Positions 48,276 to 60,884 of a stretch of 64,000 bases of DNA are shown in pieces; position 1 is the first letter of the stretch, and every line of letters starts with the position of its first letter. A program made the position numbers and the translations under genes. The DNA is from Hyphomicrobiales bacterium. GTDB taxonomy: Bacteria > Pseudomonadota > Alphaproteobacteria > Rhizobiales > JAJFHC01. Under the pieces are notes generated by a model that worked only from the letters and a program-made list of their open reading frames with translations, was not told the origin of the DNA and made no database searches. The stretch spans positions 983,750 through 1,047,749 of the forward strand of contig OZ245783.1 in the NCBI GenBank assembly GCA_965227875.1, read 5' to 3'.

Positions 48276-51248
48276 GTGATGGCGACGATCGAGGAACTGA
48301 GGGCTTGGCGCGAGACGTCCGTCGAGGCGACGAAAGACGGTCCGCCAGCGCGGACGGTCAATCCGTTCTTCGGCGTCGGACCGATCACCGACATGACCGG
48401 CGACGAGGTGGAGAGCCGCCGCCTGCGCTTCGAGTTCGAGGCCTGGCTGGAGGCCAATTACCGCAAGCTTGACGACCGGGGACATCCGGCGGGCGCCTTC
48501 ACGGCCGCCGAGATCGGCCGCAGCATGCATCGCGGCTATCCCGCGGACGCGATCCTCCTCGACATGATGCGCGAGATCCACCGCTATTTCGGCTTTCCGA
48601 AGAAGAACCGCATGGCCGTCGGCCTTGGCGGCGGTCACAGCGGGTTCACCGTCTGCATCATGCACATGATGAACGCCAACGACGCATCCCAGCATGTCTT
48701 CGTCGATACCCCGCGGCCGGAATCCGAAGCCGCCATGGCCGGCGGTTTCTTCCGCCAGTCCTGGGGCGCCCAGATGATCGAGATGCATCGCCACTCCCGC
48801 AACGGCGACGAGAACCGGATTCACTTCGCCGCGCGAGAAGGCGAGATTCCGTCCGCGGACGAGCTCGAGGAACTCGGGATCCGCCTGTTCGTCGGGGTCG
48901 GCCACGAGACGACCGGCGCCACGACCTATACCGACGGCGACATCGCCAACCTGCTGGACTGGATCGACCGGGACCCGGGGAACCATCATGCCGTCATCGA
49001 CGCGACGTCCATGCTGGGCGCCATGCCGTGGCCGCGGGACATGGTGACGGCATTCATGTCCAAGTGCTGCATGTTCATGCCCTTCCAGAAGGCCATCGGC
49101 GGCATATCGGGCTATCTCGTCGCCTCCCTCACCCCCGAGGCCATGGCGCTTGTCGAGGCCAATCAGAAGGACCCGGCCTGGGCCATACCGCGCCAGCTCA
49201 AGATCGTCGTGCCGGCCGACCCGAAGCGCCCTCTCACCGGCGAGAAATCGACCGCGCTCGGCCCGATCTACGATCCCGAGGCCGACCGCATGCAGGGCGG
49301 TATCATCAACACCTACAGCACGCTGGCCTTCGCCGAGACGACGTTCGGCCTGCGCCGGTCCGAACGCCTCGTCGGCGACGTCCATGAGCTGAACCGCCGG
49401 TCGGTCGAAAACCGCCGCACCATCGACGAGTGGGTGGCGCACCACTCGTTGATCGAGGCCGGTGTGGCCGAGCCGGCGCGCCGCGGCGCGGCCGTCACCC
49501 TTCTCAAGGTCAGCGATCCCGACATCACCGACGCCGATCTCCACGCCCGGATCATCGCCCGCTCGAAGCAGATCCTCGCCTATGAGGGCCTGACCCATCC
49601 CAATGGCGACCGCGAACCGGGGCTCGACGTCGCCAGATACGTCAACGCCTTTCCCGGCACGCCGGGCGACTATCGCGCCTGGATCGGCGGCATCCGTCCG
49701 CAATCCGACATCACGAACCTGCTCGACAATCTCGAATATGCCTACCACCGCGCGAAGATCGTCGTCCTCGAGGAGCTTCTCGCCGAGCAGGGGGTGGACT
49801 TCGAACCGGCGCCCGACGCGGACGTGCCGAAGCGCAGGGACGACCCGAACCGCGCCTACACCGTGCTCGTGGCCGATCTTGTCGGCCTGAAATTCGATGG
49901 CGACGGCAATCCGGACCACAGCGAGGTGAAAGCCCATATCGAGGCGAAGGGCGGCGTCTTCCACGAAGGCCCGCAAACCGGCGAACCTCTGGAGACGGGC
50001 CGCATTCACTTCTTCTACCAGCCCGATCTCAGCCGCGAGGAGGAAATCCTTCCCCAGACCGACCAGGGCCAATACGACGCCCTGATCGCAGCGGCCACCT
50101 TCATCCCCGCGGCATCCCGCTTCGACGAGGGCGGCGTGCGCATCGGTGCCGGTACGGGAAATATGGGTTCGGCCTCCTGGGGCGGCGGCAACGGTGAAGG
50201 CGGCACCGCACCGCTGATGAACACCCCCGGCTTCAACAGCCGCGCGACGGCACAGATGGCCATGAAGGCGCTTCTCAAGGTCGCCCCCGATCTTCCGGTG
50301 GACCGCATGCACGAGCTTGTGACGGCGGGCGACTTCGACACCGGAAAACAGCTCCGCGACTTCCCGACCGAGAAACTCGAGGGCAAGCGCCTCGCCGTCA
50401 TCGGGTTCGGCAATATTGGCCGCGAGCTTGCCCGGCTCGGCCGGGCCTTCGGCATGGATGTCGTCGTCCACGCCCGGCCCACCCATCGCGACTGGATCGA
50501 ATCGGAAGGTTTCACCTTCGCGGCCACCCTCGAGGAGGCGGCCGACGGCGCGGACGTCATCAGCCCGCATACGGGCCTTGGCGCCGCCTGCCCGGAGACC
50601 GGTCGTTTCGCCAACGCCGGCATCGTCGATTCGGCGATCCTCGAAAGACTCAACCCCGGCGCTATCGTGCTCAACTACGACCGGGGCGAGGTGGTCTGCG
50701 CGGAAGGCCTCGACAAGGCGCTGGAAACCGGCCGGGTTCGCCATGCCGCGATCGACGCCGACCTTTTCAAATGCGGCGAGACCGGTGCCCTGTCCGGGCC
50801 GATGGTGCCCTATCTCGATCTCGAGCGCCGCCACAGCGGCAAGCTCGAACTGCTGCCGCACGCGGCCGCGGACACCGAGCACATGTCCCGGGTGGATGGT
50901 GCGAAACAGGCCGTGGACCAGATCTTCGACGCCATCCTCTACCACCGGGTGACGAACCTGAAGGGCGACCTGCCGGAAGGATATGTCGATGCCGGCCTGC
51001 AGTCGGTTCCCGGCGTCGGCAAGGTCAGCCGCAAGCGTCTCGCGGAGGCGGCGGACAGCCCGGAAACATCGGCCGAACTGCGCCGCCTCTCCGAAGAACT
51101 CGCAGCCGTGTGGGGCGCGCTGGACGCCATCGACGACCCGGCGCGCCGCACCGAACTTCTCGAACGCCACGGCGCGGACCTCGTCAGGGCCTCCAACCGC
51201 TATGCCACCATGATGGAGAACCTCGGTCTCAAGGGCCCGCTCGCCTGA
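48276..51248 (+). CDS. 990-aa fusion: SerC-like PLP aminotransferase domain + D-isomer-specific 2-hydroxyacid dehydrogenase domain + C-terminal helical tail
   Basis: The N-terminal half aligns by eye to the in-window SerC: GHETTGA vs NGTTSGA, IDATSML vs CDATSAA, PFQKAIGGISG vs [11 protein letters not shown]. The C-terminal half aligns to the in-window SerA: LAVIGFGNIGRELA vs LGLIGCGNIGSIVA, NYDRGEVV...AAIDADLF vs NCARGGLV...AALDVF, LLPHAAADT vs CTPHLGAAT. Confidence 0.75.
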   Translation: MMATIEELRAWRETSVEATKDGPPARTVNPFFGVGPITDMTGDEVESRRLRFEFEAWLEANYRKLDDRGHPAGAFTAAEIGRSMHRGYPADAILLDMMREIHRYFGFPKKNRMAVGLGGGHSGFTVCIMHMMNANDASQHVFVDTPRPESEAAMAGGFFRQSWGAQMIEMHRHSRNGDENRIHFAAREGEIPSADELEELGIRLFVGVGHETTGATTYTDGDIANLLDWIDRDPGNHHAVIDATSMLGAMPWPRDMVTAFMSKCCMFMPFQKAIGGISGYLVASLTPEAMALVEANQKDPAWAIPRQLKIVVPADPKRPLTGEKSTALGPIYDPEADRMQGGIINTYSTLAFAETTFGLRRSERLVGDVHELNRRSVENRRTIDEWVAHHSLIEAGVAEPARRGAAVTLLKVSDPDITDADLHARIIARSKQILAYEGLTHPNGDREPGLDVARYVNAFPGTPGDYRAWIGGIRPQSDITNLLDNLEYAYHRAKIVVLEELLAEQGVDFEPAPDADVPKRRDDPNRAYTVLVADLVGLKFDGDGNPDHSEVKAHIEAKGGVFHEGPQTGEPLETGRIHFFYQPDLSREEEILPQTDQGQYDALIAAATFIPAASRFDEGGVRIGAGTGNMGSASWGGGNGEGGTAPLMNTPGFNSRATAQMAMKALLKVAPDLPVDRMHELVTAGDFDTGKQLRDFPTEKLEGKRLAVIGFGNIGRELARLGRAFGMDVVVHARPTHRDWIESEGFTFAATLEEAADGADVISPHTGLGAACPETGRFANAGIVDSAILERLNPGAIVLNYDRGEVVCAEGLDKALETGRVRHAAIDADLFKCGETGALSGPMVPYLDLERRHSGKLELLPHAAADTEHMSRVDGAKQAVDQIFDAILYHRVTNLKGDLPEGYVDAGLQSVPGVGKVSRKRLAEAADSPETSAELRRLSEELAAVWGALDAIDDPARRTELLERHGADLVRASNRYATMMENLGLKGPLA

Positions 51249-51326
51249 CGGCAGTCCACGCGGGCAGCGCCTGCGCCTGAACTCGACGCTGGACAAAAGA
51301 CGGGGAATTCGAACAGCATAGCGGCC

Positions 51327-53174
51327 ATGAGCGATCCCACGAACGATCAGGGCCGGAAGGACGGCAATCCCCCGCCCGAAACGGACGAGGCGGAACCGAC
51401 CACCGACGTGGCGGACGATGCGTCCTTGTCCGAAGACGGCGACGTGGACGACGCCGAGGGCGACGCCGGGGACGCGGCGTCCAGCGACCGGGAAGACCAC
51501 GCAGAGGAGACGGAGACCGCCGAGGCCCTGGACAACGAGGACGACCTGGTCGAGGAAGCCGGCGACCTGCCCGGGTCCATCGGGATATTCGACTATGTCA
51601 TCGTCGGCGCCGGGTCGGCCGGCGCCGTCCTCGCCAACAGGCTCACCGAGGACGGCCGCCACTCGGTTCTCCTGCTCGAAGCGGGCGGGCGCGACGTCAA
51701 TCCCTGGATACACATCCCCATCGGCTACGGCCGGCTGTTCAAGAACCGCAAGGTCAACTGGATGTACGAAACCGAGCCCGAACCGGGACTCGACGGACGG
51801 CGCGTGTTCCAGCCACGCGGCAAGGTTCTGGGCGGGTCTAGCTCCATCAACGGCCTTGTCTACATCCGCGGCCAGCATCAGGATTTCGACCTGTGGGCGC
51901 AGCTCGGCAACACCGGGTGGTCGTTCGACGACGTATTGCCCTATTTCCGCCGCGCCGAAGACCAGCAGCGCGGCGAGGACGAATGGCACGGCGCCGGCGG
52001 CCCGCTCACCGTCTCCGACCCGACCCAGTCGCATCCGCTCTGCGACGCCTTCATCGAGGCCGCCGTCGCCAATGGCGTGCCGGCGAACCCTGATTTCAAC
52101 GGAGAACGCCAGGAAGGGGCCGGCTACTTCCAGAACACCATGCGCAATGGCAGGCGCTGCAGCACGGCGGTCGCCTACATCAACCCGGCCCGGAAACGCA
52201 GGAACCTGCGCATCGAAACCCATGCCCACGCGACAGCGATCGTCTTTGATGGCAAGCAGGCGACCGGCGTGGTCTTCCGGCAGAAGCGCGGCGAGAAATA
52301 CGCCGAGGCCGGGCGCGAGGTGATCCTGTGCGGCGGGGCGATCAATTCGCCGCAGCTCCTGGAACTGTCCGGTGTCGGCAATCCGGAACTGCTGCGATCA
52401 CTGGACATTCCCGTGGTCCACGAAGCGCCGACGGTCGGCGAGAACCTCCAGGATCACTTCCAGGTCCGCATGGTACTCAAGGCGAACAAGCCGATCACGC
52501 TCAACGACGCCTATCACGACTTCAAGTCGAAGCTGCAGATGGGTGCCGATTACCTGTTCCGCCGAAAGGGATATCTCAGCATCGGTGCCGGCTATGCGGG
52601 TCTCTTCTTCCGGACCCGGGAGGAACTGGAAACCCCCGACATCCAGTCGCATTTTCTCGTCTTCAGCACCGACAAGATGGGCGAGGCCCTGCACGATTTC
52701 TCGGGGTTCACCGCATCGATCTGCCAGCTCCGGCCCGAGAGCCGGGGTTCGGTGCATGCCCGCACGCCGAACCCGTTCGACCCGCCGTCCATACGCGTCA
52801 ACTACCTGTCCACGGAAACCGACCGGCGGACCAATGTGGAGGGCCTGCGCAAGCTGCGCCGGATCATCCATACCGATCCGCTCGCGTCCTTCATCGAGGA
52901 AGAGGTCGAGCCCGGCCCCGAAATCGAGAGCGACGAGGACCTGCTGCAGTACTGCCGGGACCACGGCAGCACGATTTACCACCCGTCCTGCACCTGCACC
53001 ATGGGACCTGGCGAGACGACGGTCGTCACGCCGGAACTGAAGGTGCGCGGCGTCGAGGGACTGCGCGTCGTCGACGCCTCGATCATGCCGAGACTGGTGT
53101 CGGGCAACTCCAACGCCGCGGTCATCATGATCGCGGAAAAGGCGTCCGACCTGATTCTCTCGGACGCCCTCTGA
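51327..53174 (+). CDS. GMC-family (choline-dehydrogenase-like) FAD oxidoreductase with ~85-aa acidic N-terminal extension
   Basis: FDYVIVGAGSAGAVLANRLTED FAD-binding motif, then GGSSSINGLVYIRG, and the C-terminal active-site region STIYHPSCTCTMG. No ATG, GTG or TTG lies between 51327 and the FAD motif. Confidence 0.88.
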   Translation: MSDPTNDQGRKDGNPPPETDEAEPTTDVADDASLSEDGDVDDAEGDAGDAASSDREDHAEETETAEALDNEDDLVEEAGDLPGSIGIFDYVIVGAGSAGAVLANRLTEDGRHSVLLLEAGGRDVNPWIHIPIGYGRLFKNRKVNWMYETEPEPGLDGRRVFQPRGKVLGGSSSINGLVYIRGQHQDFDLWAQLGNTGWSFDDVLPYFRRAEDQQRGEDEWHGAGGPLTVSDPTQSHPLCDAFIEAAVANGVPANPDFNGERQEGAGYFQNTMRNGRRCSTAVAYINPARKRRNLRIETHAHATAIVFDGKQATGVVFRQKRGEKYAEAGREVILCGGAINSPQLLELSGVGNPELLRSLDIPVVHEAPTVGENLQDHFQVRMVLKANKPITLNDAYHDFKSKLQMGADYLFRRKGYLSIGAGYAGLFFRTREELETPDIQSHFLVFSTDKMGEALHDFSGFTASICQLRPESRGSVHARTPNPFDPPSIRVNYLSTETDRRTNVEGLRKLRRIIHTDPLASFIEEEVEPGPEIESDEDLLQYCRDHGSTIYHPSCTCTMGPGETTVVTPELKVRGVEGLRVVDASIMPRLVSGNSNAAVIMIAEKASDLILSDAL

Positions 53175-53190
53175 AGACCGGGAGACCCCC

Positions 53191-53739
53191 ATGCACCGTG
53201 TTGCCAAGACCCTCGCTGTCCATCTCCTGGCGCTCGCCGTTCTCGCCCTCGCGCCCGCCGCGGCCGAAAGCCCGTCCGGTCCGACGGACGCCATGTTCGA
53301 CAAACTGCGAAATGCCTCCAGCGAACCCGCTGCGCGCGCCGCGGAAGACGTCATCTGGCGCGCCTGGATGATGGGCCCGAGCCAGGAAGCGACCCTGCTT
53401 GTCGAAAAGGCCATGGAACGGCGGCGCTGGTACGACTTCGCCGGCGCACTTGCCTATCTGGACGAAGCCGTGGCGCTGGCCCCCGGATGGGCGGAGCCGT
53501 GGAACCAGCGCGCGTTCATCCGGTTCCTGCGAGAGGAGTATGACGAATCCCTGGAGGATCTCGACCGCGCCCTCGAACTCGAACCCAGGCATTTCGCGGC
53601 CCTGTCCGGCAAGGCCCGCATCCTCATGCGCCAGGGCCGCATGGAATTGGGACAGCAGGCGTTGCGCAAGGCGGTGGAGATCAATCCCTATCTACGCGAG
53701 CGCGACATGCTGATCGTGCTTCCCGGCGAGAAACTCTGA
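53191..53739 (+). CDS. exported TPR-repeat protein
   Basis: A signal peptide (LLALAVLALAPAAAE) is followed by TPR-like repeats (YDFAGALAYLDEAVALAP..., YDESLEDLDRALELEP...). Confidence 0.7.
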   Translation: MHRVAKTLAVHLLALAVLALAPAAAESPSGPTDAMFDKLRNASSEPAARAAEDVIWRAWMMGPSQEATLLVEKAMERRRWYDFAGALAYLDEAVALAPGWAEPWNQRAFIRFLREEYDESLEDLDRALELEPRHFAALSGKARILMRQGRMELGQQALRKAVEINPYLRERDMLIVLPGEKL

Positions 53740-53786
53740 CGCCTGACCGGCGATCCTCCCGGCGTGTACAGCGCGCCGGAGACGTG

Positions 53787-55136
53787 TCAGGCCGCGGTAT
53801 TCTCCAGCGCCTCGACGATGTCGTCGACCACGTCCTTGACCAGGGTCTCGTCGTCTCCCTCGGCCATGACGCGGATGAGCGGTTCGGTGCCCGACGGCCG
53901 GATCACCAGCCGCCCTTTGCTGCCCAGCCGCGATTCGCCGGCGCTGATGGCGCCTTTCACGGTGTCCTCGGCCAGAGGCTTGCCGCCTTTCTTGTAGCGC
54001 ACGTTCTTCAGGATCTGAGGCAGCGGTTCGAACAACCGGCAGGCCTCGCTCACCTTACGGCCGCTTGCGGCCACGACGCTCAGCACTTGCAGCGCGGCGA
54101 TGAGACCATCGCCGGTGGTCGTGAAGTCGCTGAGCACGATATGGCCGGACTGTTCACCCCCGACATTGAACCCGTGCTTGCGCATGTGCTCGACGACATA
54201 CCGGTCGCCGACCTTGGTGCGTGCGAGATTGAGGCCGATCCCGTCGAGATAGCGCTCGAGCCCCAGGTTCGACATCACGGTCGCCACCACGCCGCCGGCC
54301 GCCAGCCTGTCTTCCTCTCGCCAGGCCGTGGCGATGAGCGCCATGAGCTGGTCGCCGTCGACGATCGAGCTCTTTTCGTCGCAGATGATCACCCGGTCGG
54401 CGTCGCCGTCGAGCGCAATGCCGATGTCCGCGCGCAGCTCCCGCACCTTGCGCCGGACCATTTCCGGCGACGTCGATCCGCATTCGTCGTTGATGTTGAA
54501 CCCGTTGGGATCGACGCCCACGGGAACGACTTCCGCCCCCAGTTCCCATAGGACCGCCGGCGCGACCTTGTAGGCGGCGCCGTTGGCGCAGTCGACGACG
54601 ACACGAAGACCGTCGAGCCTGAGATGCCGCGGAAGCGTGCGCTTGGCGAACTCGATGTAGCGCGCCTGAGCGTCGTCGATCCGCTTGGCCCGCCCGAGCG
54701 CGTCGGGTTTGGCCAGCGCCCGACCAAGATCCCCCTGAAGCAGGGCCTCGATTTCGAGCTCCTGCTCGTCGGAAAGCTTGTACCCATCCGGTCCGAACAG
54801 CTTGATCCCGTTGTCATGGTAGGCGTTGTGCGACGCCGAGATCATGACGCCCAGATCGGCCCGCAGCGACCGCGTCAGCATGGCCACGGCCGGCGTCGGC
54901 AACGGACCGAACTGGAAGACGTCCATGCCGACGGAGGTGAATCCCGACACCAGGGCCGACTCGATCATGTAGCCGGACAGCCGGGTATCCTTGCCGATCA
55001 CCACCCGGTGGCGATGATTGCCACGCGTGAATATGCTGCCGGCCGCCATACCGACGCGCAAAGCGGTTTCCGCCGTCATCGGCCAGTCGTTGGCCCGCCC
55101 GCGGATCCCGTCCGTCCCGAAATACTGCCGCGACAT
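53787..55136 (-). CDS. glmM: phosphoglucosamine mutase
   Basis: [16 protein letters not shown], the active-site [17 protein letters not shown], and the metal loop DGDADR. Confidence 0.95.
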   Translation of the reverse strand: MSRQYFGTDGIRGRANDWPMTAETALRVGMAAGSIFTRGNHRHRVVIGKDTRLSGYMIESALVSGFTSVGMDVFQFGPLPTPAVAMLTRSLRADLGVMISASHNAYHDNGIKLFGPDGYKLSDEQELEIEALLQGDLGRALAKPDALGRAKRIDDAQARYIEFAKRTLPRHLRLDGLRVVVDCANGAAYKVAPAVLWELGAEVVPVGVDPNGFNINDECGSTSPEMVRRKVRELRADIGIALDGDADRVIICDEKSSIVDGDQLMALIATAWREEDRLAAGGVVATVMSNLGLERYLDGIGLNLARTKVGDRYVVEHMRKHGFNVGGEQSGHIVLSDFTTTGDGLIAALQVLSVVAASGRKVSEACRLFEPLPQILKNVRYKKGGKPLAEDTVKGAISAGESRLGSKGRLVIRPSGTEPLIRVMAEGDDETLVKDVVDDIVEALENTAA

Positions 55137-55241
55137 TTATCCCGTCCGTTTCGTCATCTGAGGTTTCCGGACGCGAGACATGCCCGGGTGGCGCATTATA
55201 GTCAATCGGGCTGAAATTGCCGCACGGGATTGCGTCCGTGG

Positions 55242-56306
55242 TTACCGCCCGGGGCGGGCATCGTCCTGCACCGCCGACCAGACGGAAAGCGCCTGGACGG
55301 TCTCGGGGCCGTCATGCACACGCAGGATCTGCACCCCCCGCGCGACCGCGGCCAGTCCCGCGGCGATCGAGCCCGGCGCCCGCCGGCCGGCATCCGCCTC
55401 TCCGGAAAGCGTACCGATGAAACGCTTGCGCGAGACGCCGAAGAGGACCTGGGTGCCCAGCCCCTGGAATACAGCAGCTCCACGCAGAAGCTGAAGATTG
55501 TGCTCGAGTGTCTTGCCGAAACCGATGCCCGGGTCGACGGCGATCCGTGACCGGTCGATGCCGGCCGCGACACAGGCCTCGACCCGTTCGTCCAGGTAGT
55601 CGTAGACCTCCACCAGGACATCGTCGTAACGCGGATCCTTTTGCATCGTCTTGGGGTCGCCCAGAGCATGCATCAGGATCACGGGAACACCGAGACCGGC
55701 GACCGTTTCGAGCGACGCCGCATCGTAGGACAGCGCGCTGACATCGTTGACGACGGCAGCCCCCGCGCCGGCGGCCTCCGTCATGACCTGGGCCCGGCGG
55801 GTGTCAACCGAGATCGGAATGCGCGTTTCTTTCAGGCCGTCGAGCACCGGCATGATGCGGCCCAGTTCTGTGTCCACGTCGATGGGGTCCGAACCCGGCC
55901 GTGTCGATTCGCCGCCAATGTCGAGAATGTCCACGCCCCCGTCGATCAGCGCATTGGCCTGGGCGAGTGCATCCTGCGTATCCGCGAACCGGCCGCCATC
56001 CGAGAAACTGTCCGGTGTCACGTTGACCACGCCCATGACGCTGACCCCGCTGAAGCCTGCGAAAGGCGGCCGCGGAGCCTCGAGGCGGTCGAGCCACGCC
56101 CGCACGAGCGGGTCGGTGCTGGCGGCCAGATCCGCGTAGTCCACGATCTTGCGGATGTTGGCGTCCGGCACGCCTTCGATCAGTTCGCAGGCGCCGAAGG
56201 CGATGCCACTGCCGGCCAGTGGTCCGGCGCGGCCTTCGCTGACCGCGAAAGACGCGTCGGTGTCGTAGAGAAGGGCCGTGGGCCTGACAAGAAGCTCTGA
56301 CGCCAT
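55242..56306 (-). CDS. folP: dihydropteroate synthase (with ~95-aa N-terminal extension, start uncertain)
   Basis: VMGVVNVTPDSFSDGG, DILDIGGESTRPG and RILRVHD-like QILRVHD motifs. No internal ATG lies before the catalytic domain. Confidence 0.88.
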   Translation of the reverse strand: MASELLVRPTALLYDTDASFAVSEGRAGPLAGSGIAFGACELIEGVPDANIRKIVDYADLAASTDPLVRAWLDRLEAPRPPFAGFSGVSVMGVVNVTPDSFSDGGRFADTQDALAQANALIDGGVDILDIGGESTRPGSDPIDVDTELGRIMPVLDGLKETRIPISVDTRRAQVMTEAAGAGAAVVNDVSALSYDAASLETVAGLGVPVILMHALGDPKTMQKDPRYDDVLVEVYDYLDERVEACVAAGIDRSRIAVDPGIGFGKTLEHNLQLLRGAAVFQGLGTQVLFGVSRKRFIGTLSGEADAGRRAPGSIAAGLAAVARGVQILRVHDGPETVQALSVWSAVQDDARPGR

Positions 56307-56381
56307 GGGAATATCCGTCCAAAACGAAGCGGGCGGTTGCCCGTCAAGGCACCGCCCGCACTTCAGTATCGCCGTTTTCTA

Positions 56382-58301
<1,920 letters not shown>

Positions 58302-58512
58302 GCAATTCCCTTTCGCGGACAGGCTGGGCCATCCTTTAGGCCGACTTTTCGCGCCACCAGCCGGCGCGACGTCGGGAGGCCGGTCGCATTTTCCTACAAG
58401 ATAGGTCTCGTTCCGCGCTTTGCCAAGTCGCGAAGCCCACGGAAACCTTCGAAAATGGTCGCATATTTGCGATTGACCGTCCGAAAATACACGCCGACAG
58501 GTAAATTCGTCG

Positions 58513-59835
58513 TTACGCCATTCGTAGGTCCCCGTCGGCAGCACCCGCCAGCAGCGCCCGGTCATCGTAATGTACCCTCACGCCCCCGTTCAGCACGGGG
58601 TCGCGGGCATGCGGCAGGAACAGCCGCCCGTCGTCTCCCCTGATGCATGGAAGGGCGTCCCGCACCCGCGCCGGCAGGCATTCGAGTTCAGCCGCGTCCG
58701 CCCGCAACGCCGACCAGCCGTCCCGCTCAAGCGCTCCGACGCTCGTCTGCCCGATCCCGGCCGGAAGCTCCAGAACGAACCTGTTGTCCCAGCGCACCGT
58801 TTCCCCGCCGCTCACGGCCATGGCGTGTGCCGAACGCGGTCCCGATTCCCGGATCACCCGCACGGAACCGGCGTCCGCATCGATGAAACACAGGGCGAAC
58901 GTGCGCCGCAGGTCTTGGTCTGCGTACAACCCCTCGTACAGCGCCTCGAGACCGTCGCGCGCCGGCGGGTAGATCTGGCCGGACACCGCCATGAGCGCCC
59001 GAGCGAGGACACGTCTGGCGATCTCGGCATCCGCCCGGCGAAACACCTCCCTGTCGATCACGCAATAGCCGTAGCGGCTGACGGCGACCGCGTCCGCGAC
59101 GAACGCAGTCGTCTGCCGGTCGAGCAGCCCGCGCACGTCAGCCATCCGCGACGCCGTCCGGCAGATGCCGGCAATTCCGTCGCCCTCGTCCTTCATCTGG
59201 CTGAGCAGCCGCCGGATGCGGATACGTTCGAAACGCTCGTCACGGTTGCTCGGATCCTCGATCCAGTCCTGGCCCATCGCCCGAAGGGCGGCCTCGAGCC
59301 GGTCGCGTCCGACGCGCAACAGGGGACGCAGGACCGGCAGTCCCCTGCGATACGACAATTCGGCCATGCCCGAGAGCCCGTCGACGCCGCTTCCCCGCAG
59401 CAGGCGCATGAGCACGGTTTCCGCCTGGTCGTTCGCCGTATGCGCCAGCGCCAGGGCCTCCGCATCGTGGGTGCGGCACCAAGTGCACAGGAGCTCAAGC
59501 CGCGCGTCCCGCGCCGCCGCCTGGACACCGGACCGGGGCTTGGGCCCGGTCCAGCGCAGTGTCTCATGGGGAAGGCCGAGACCGCCGGAGATGGCGGCCA
59601 CTGTCGCGGCTTCATCTTCCGCCTCCGGGCGCAGGCCGTGATCCACGGTGAGCACGCTCAGACGGGTATGCCCGCCGGTACGCCGGGCCCAGTCATGTGC
59701 AAAACGCAAAAGAGCGACGCTGTCCGCGCCGCCCGAGACACCCAGCGCGACATGGTCGAAGTCGCCGAAGGGCCGGAAATACTGGTCGAGTTCGTTCTCG
59801 TCGAATGGCCGCGGGGCTGCCTCAGCACCCTGCAC
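58513..59835 (-). CDS. tilS: tRNA(Ile)-lysidine synthetase TilS
   Basis: PP-loop [16 protein letters not shown] 59835 overlaps the cpoB stop by 14 nt. The track start at 59943 would lie inside cpoB. Confidence 0.85.
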   Translation of the reverse strand: MQGAEAAPRPFDENELDQYFRPFGDFDHVALGVSGGADSVALLRFAHDWARRTGGHTRLSVLTVDHGLRPEAEDEAATVAAISGGLGLPHETLRWTGPKPRSGVQAAARDARLELLCTWCRTHDAEALALAHTANDQAETVLMRLLRGSGVDGLSGMAELSYRRGLPVLRPLLRVGRDRLEAALRAMGQDWIEDPSNRDERFERIRIRRLLSQMKDEGDGIAGICRTASRMADVRGLLDRQTTAFVADAVAVSRYGYCVIDREVFRRADAEIARRVLARALMAVSGQIYPPARDGLEALYEGLYADQDLRRTFALCFIDADAGSVRVIRESGPRSAHAMAVSGGETVRWDNRFVLELPAGIGQTSVGALERDGWSALRADAAELECLPARVRDALPCIRGDDGRLFLPHARDPVLNGGVRVHYDDRALLAGAADGDLRMA

Positions 59836-60784
59836 GGGACTGTTCCCTTGCCGCGATCTTGAGCACAGACCGGGCCTTTGGGAACTGTTTCTTCGCCTGC
59901 CTGAACGTCGCGCAGGCCTTGTTCTTCTCACCCATGCGGCCAAGCGTCATGCCGAGCTTGACGAGGCTGTCAGGCGCCTTGGCGCTGCGGCTGTATTTCT
60001 TGTAGCCGGTCAGGAAGGCTTTCGCCGCCGACGTCCAGCGCTGGCGGGCATAATAGGTCTCGCCGAGCCAGTACTGGGCGTTTCCGGCAAGCTTGTGCTT
60101 TGGATACTTCTTGAGGAACTGCCTGAACCCGACTTCGGCCGACTCGAACTGCCGCCTCAGCAGCTTGGAATGGCTCTCCTCGTAGAGACCGGACGGACCC
60201 GCGCCCTGGACCGGCACGCTGGTGACGGACTCGGGCACAAGGGAAGACCCTTCCGGAGCCGAGGCCACCGACATGGACCCCAGCGGCTTGACGGTCGCCG
60301 CCAGGTTGGGATCGAGGGAACTCGGTGCGAGCGAAGAGCCGGAGTTTCCGATCGACGCCGTCTGGTTCCCCGAGGCCGGCGGCAGGACGGAACCCTGCTT
60401 GCCGGACCCCATCTGCTGGAACCGGAACTCGACATCGTTGGAGAACCTGTTGAGTTGCTCCTGCAGCTGCTGCATCTGGAAGCCGATCTGTTCGATCTGG
60501 CCCGTCAGGATCCGCATCTGCTGTTCGAGATCGTTCATCCGCAATGAAAGACTCGCTTCCGTCGCCGGGTCGCCAGAGGTCACCGCGCCGCCGGGAAGCT
60601 GGGTCGCCCCGGCCGCCTGGGCATCGCGAAGGTCGTAGATCTGCTCCTGCAGTCGGTTGACCCGGTTGAGCATGCCCTGCCAGTCGCCCGGAGCCTGGGC
60701 CATGGCGCCCAGGTCGGGACCGATCAGCAGCAGCCCGAGCATGCCCAGAGCGGGCACACCCAGCATTTCACGCAAAAGACGCAT
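59822..60784 (-). CDS. cpoB: Tol-Pal system protein CpoB/YbgF
   Basis: A signal peptide, then a coiled-coil (LNRVNRLQEQIYDLRD...) and C-terminal TPR (YWLGETYYARQRW...). Located downstream of pal. GGGAG RBS before ATG 60784. Confidence 0.85.
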   Translation of the reverse strand: MRLLREMLGVPALGMLGLLLIGPDLGAMAQAPGDWQGMLNRVNRLQEQIYDLRDAQAAGATQLPGGAVTSGDPATEASLSLRMNDLEQQMRILTGQIEQIGFQMQQLQEQLNRFSNDVEFRFQQMGSGKQGSVLPPASGNQTASIGNSGSSLAPSSLDPNLAATVKPLGSMSVASAPEGSSLVPESVTSVPVQGAGPSGLYEESHSKLLRRQFESAEVGFRQFLKKYPKHKLAGNAQYWLGETYYARQRWTSAAKAFLTGYKKYSRSAKAPDSLVKLGMTLGRMGEKNKACATFRQAKKQFPKARSVLKIAAREQSRAGC

Positions 60785-60884
60785 CGTCTGTTCTCCCGAT
60801 GGCAGTTGCCGCATTCAAGAAATGAATTGCGCCACAGGCTGCCCGATCACGAAACGGCCCGCAAGGCCGTTCGCACGGACCGTG

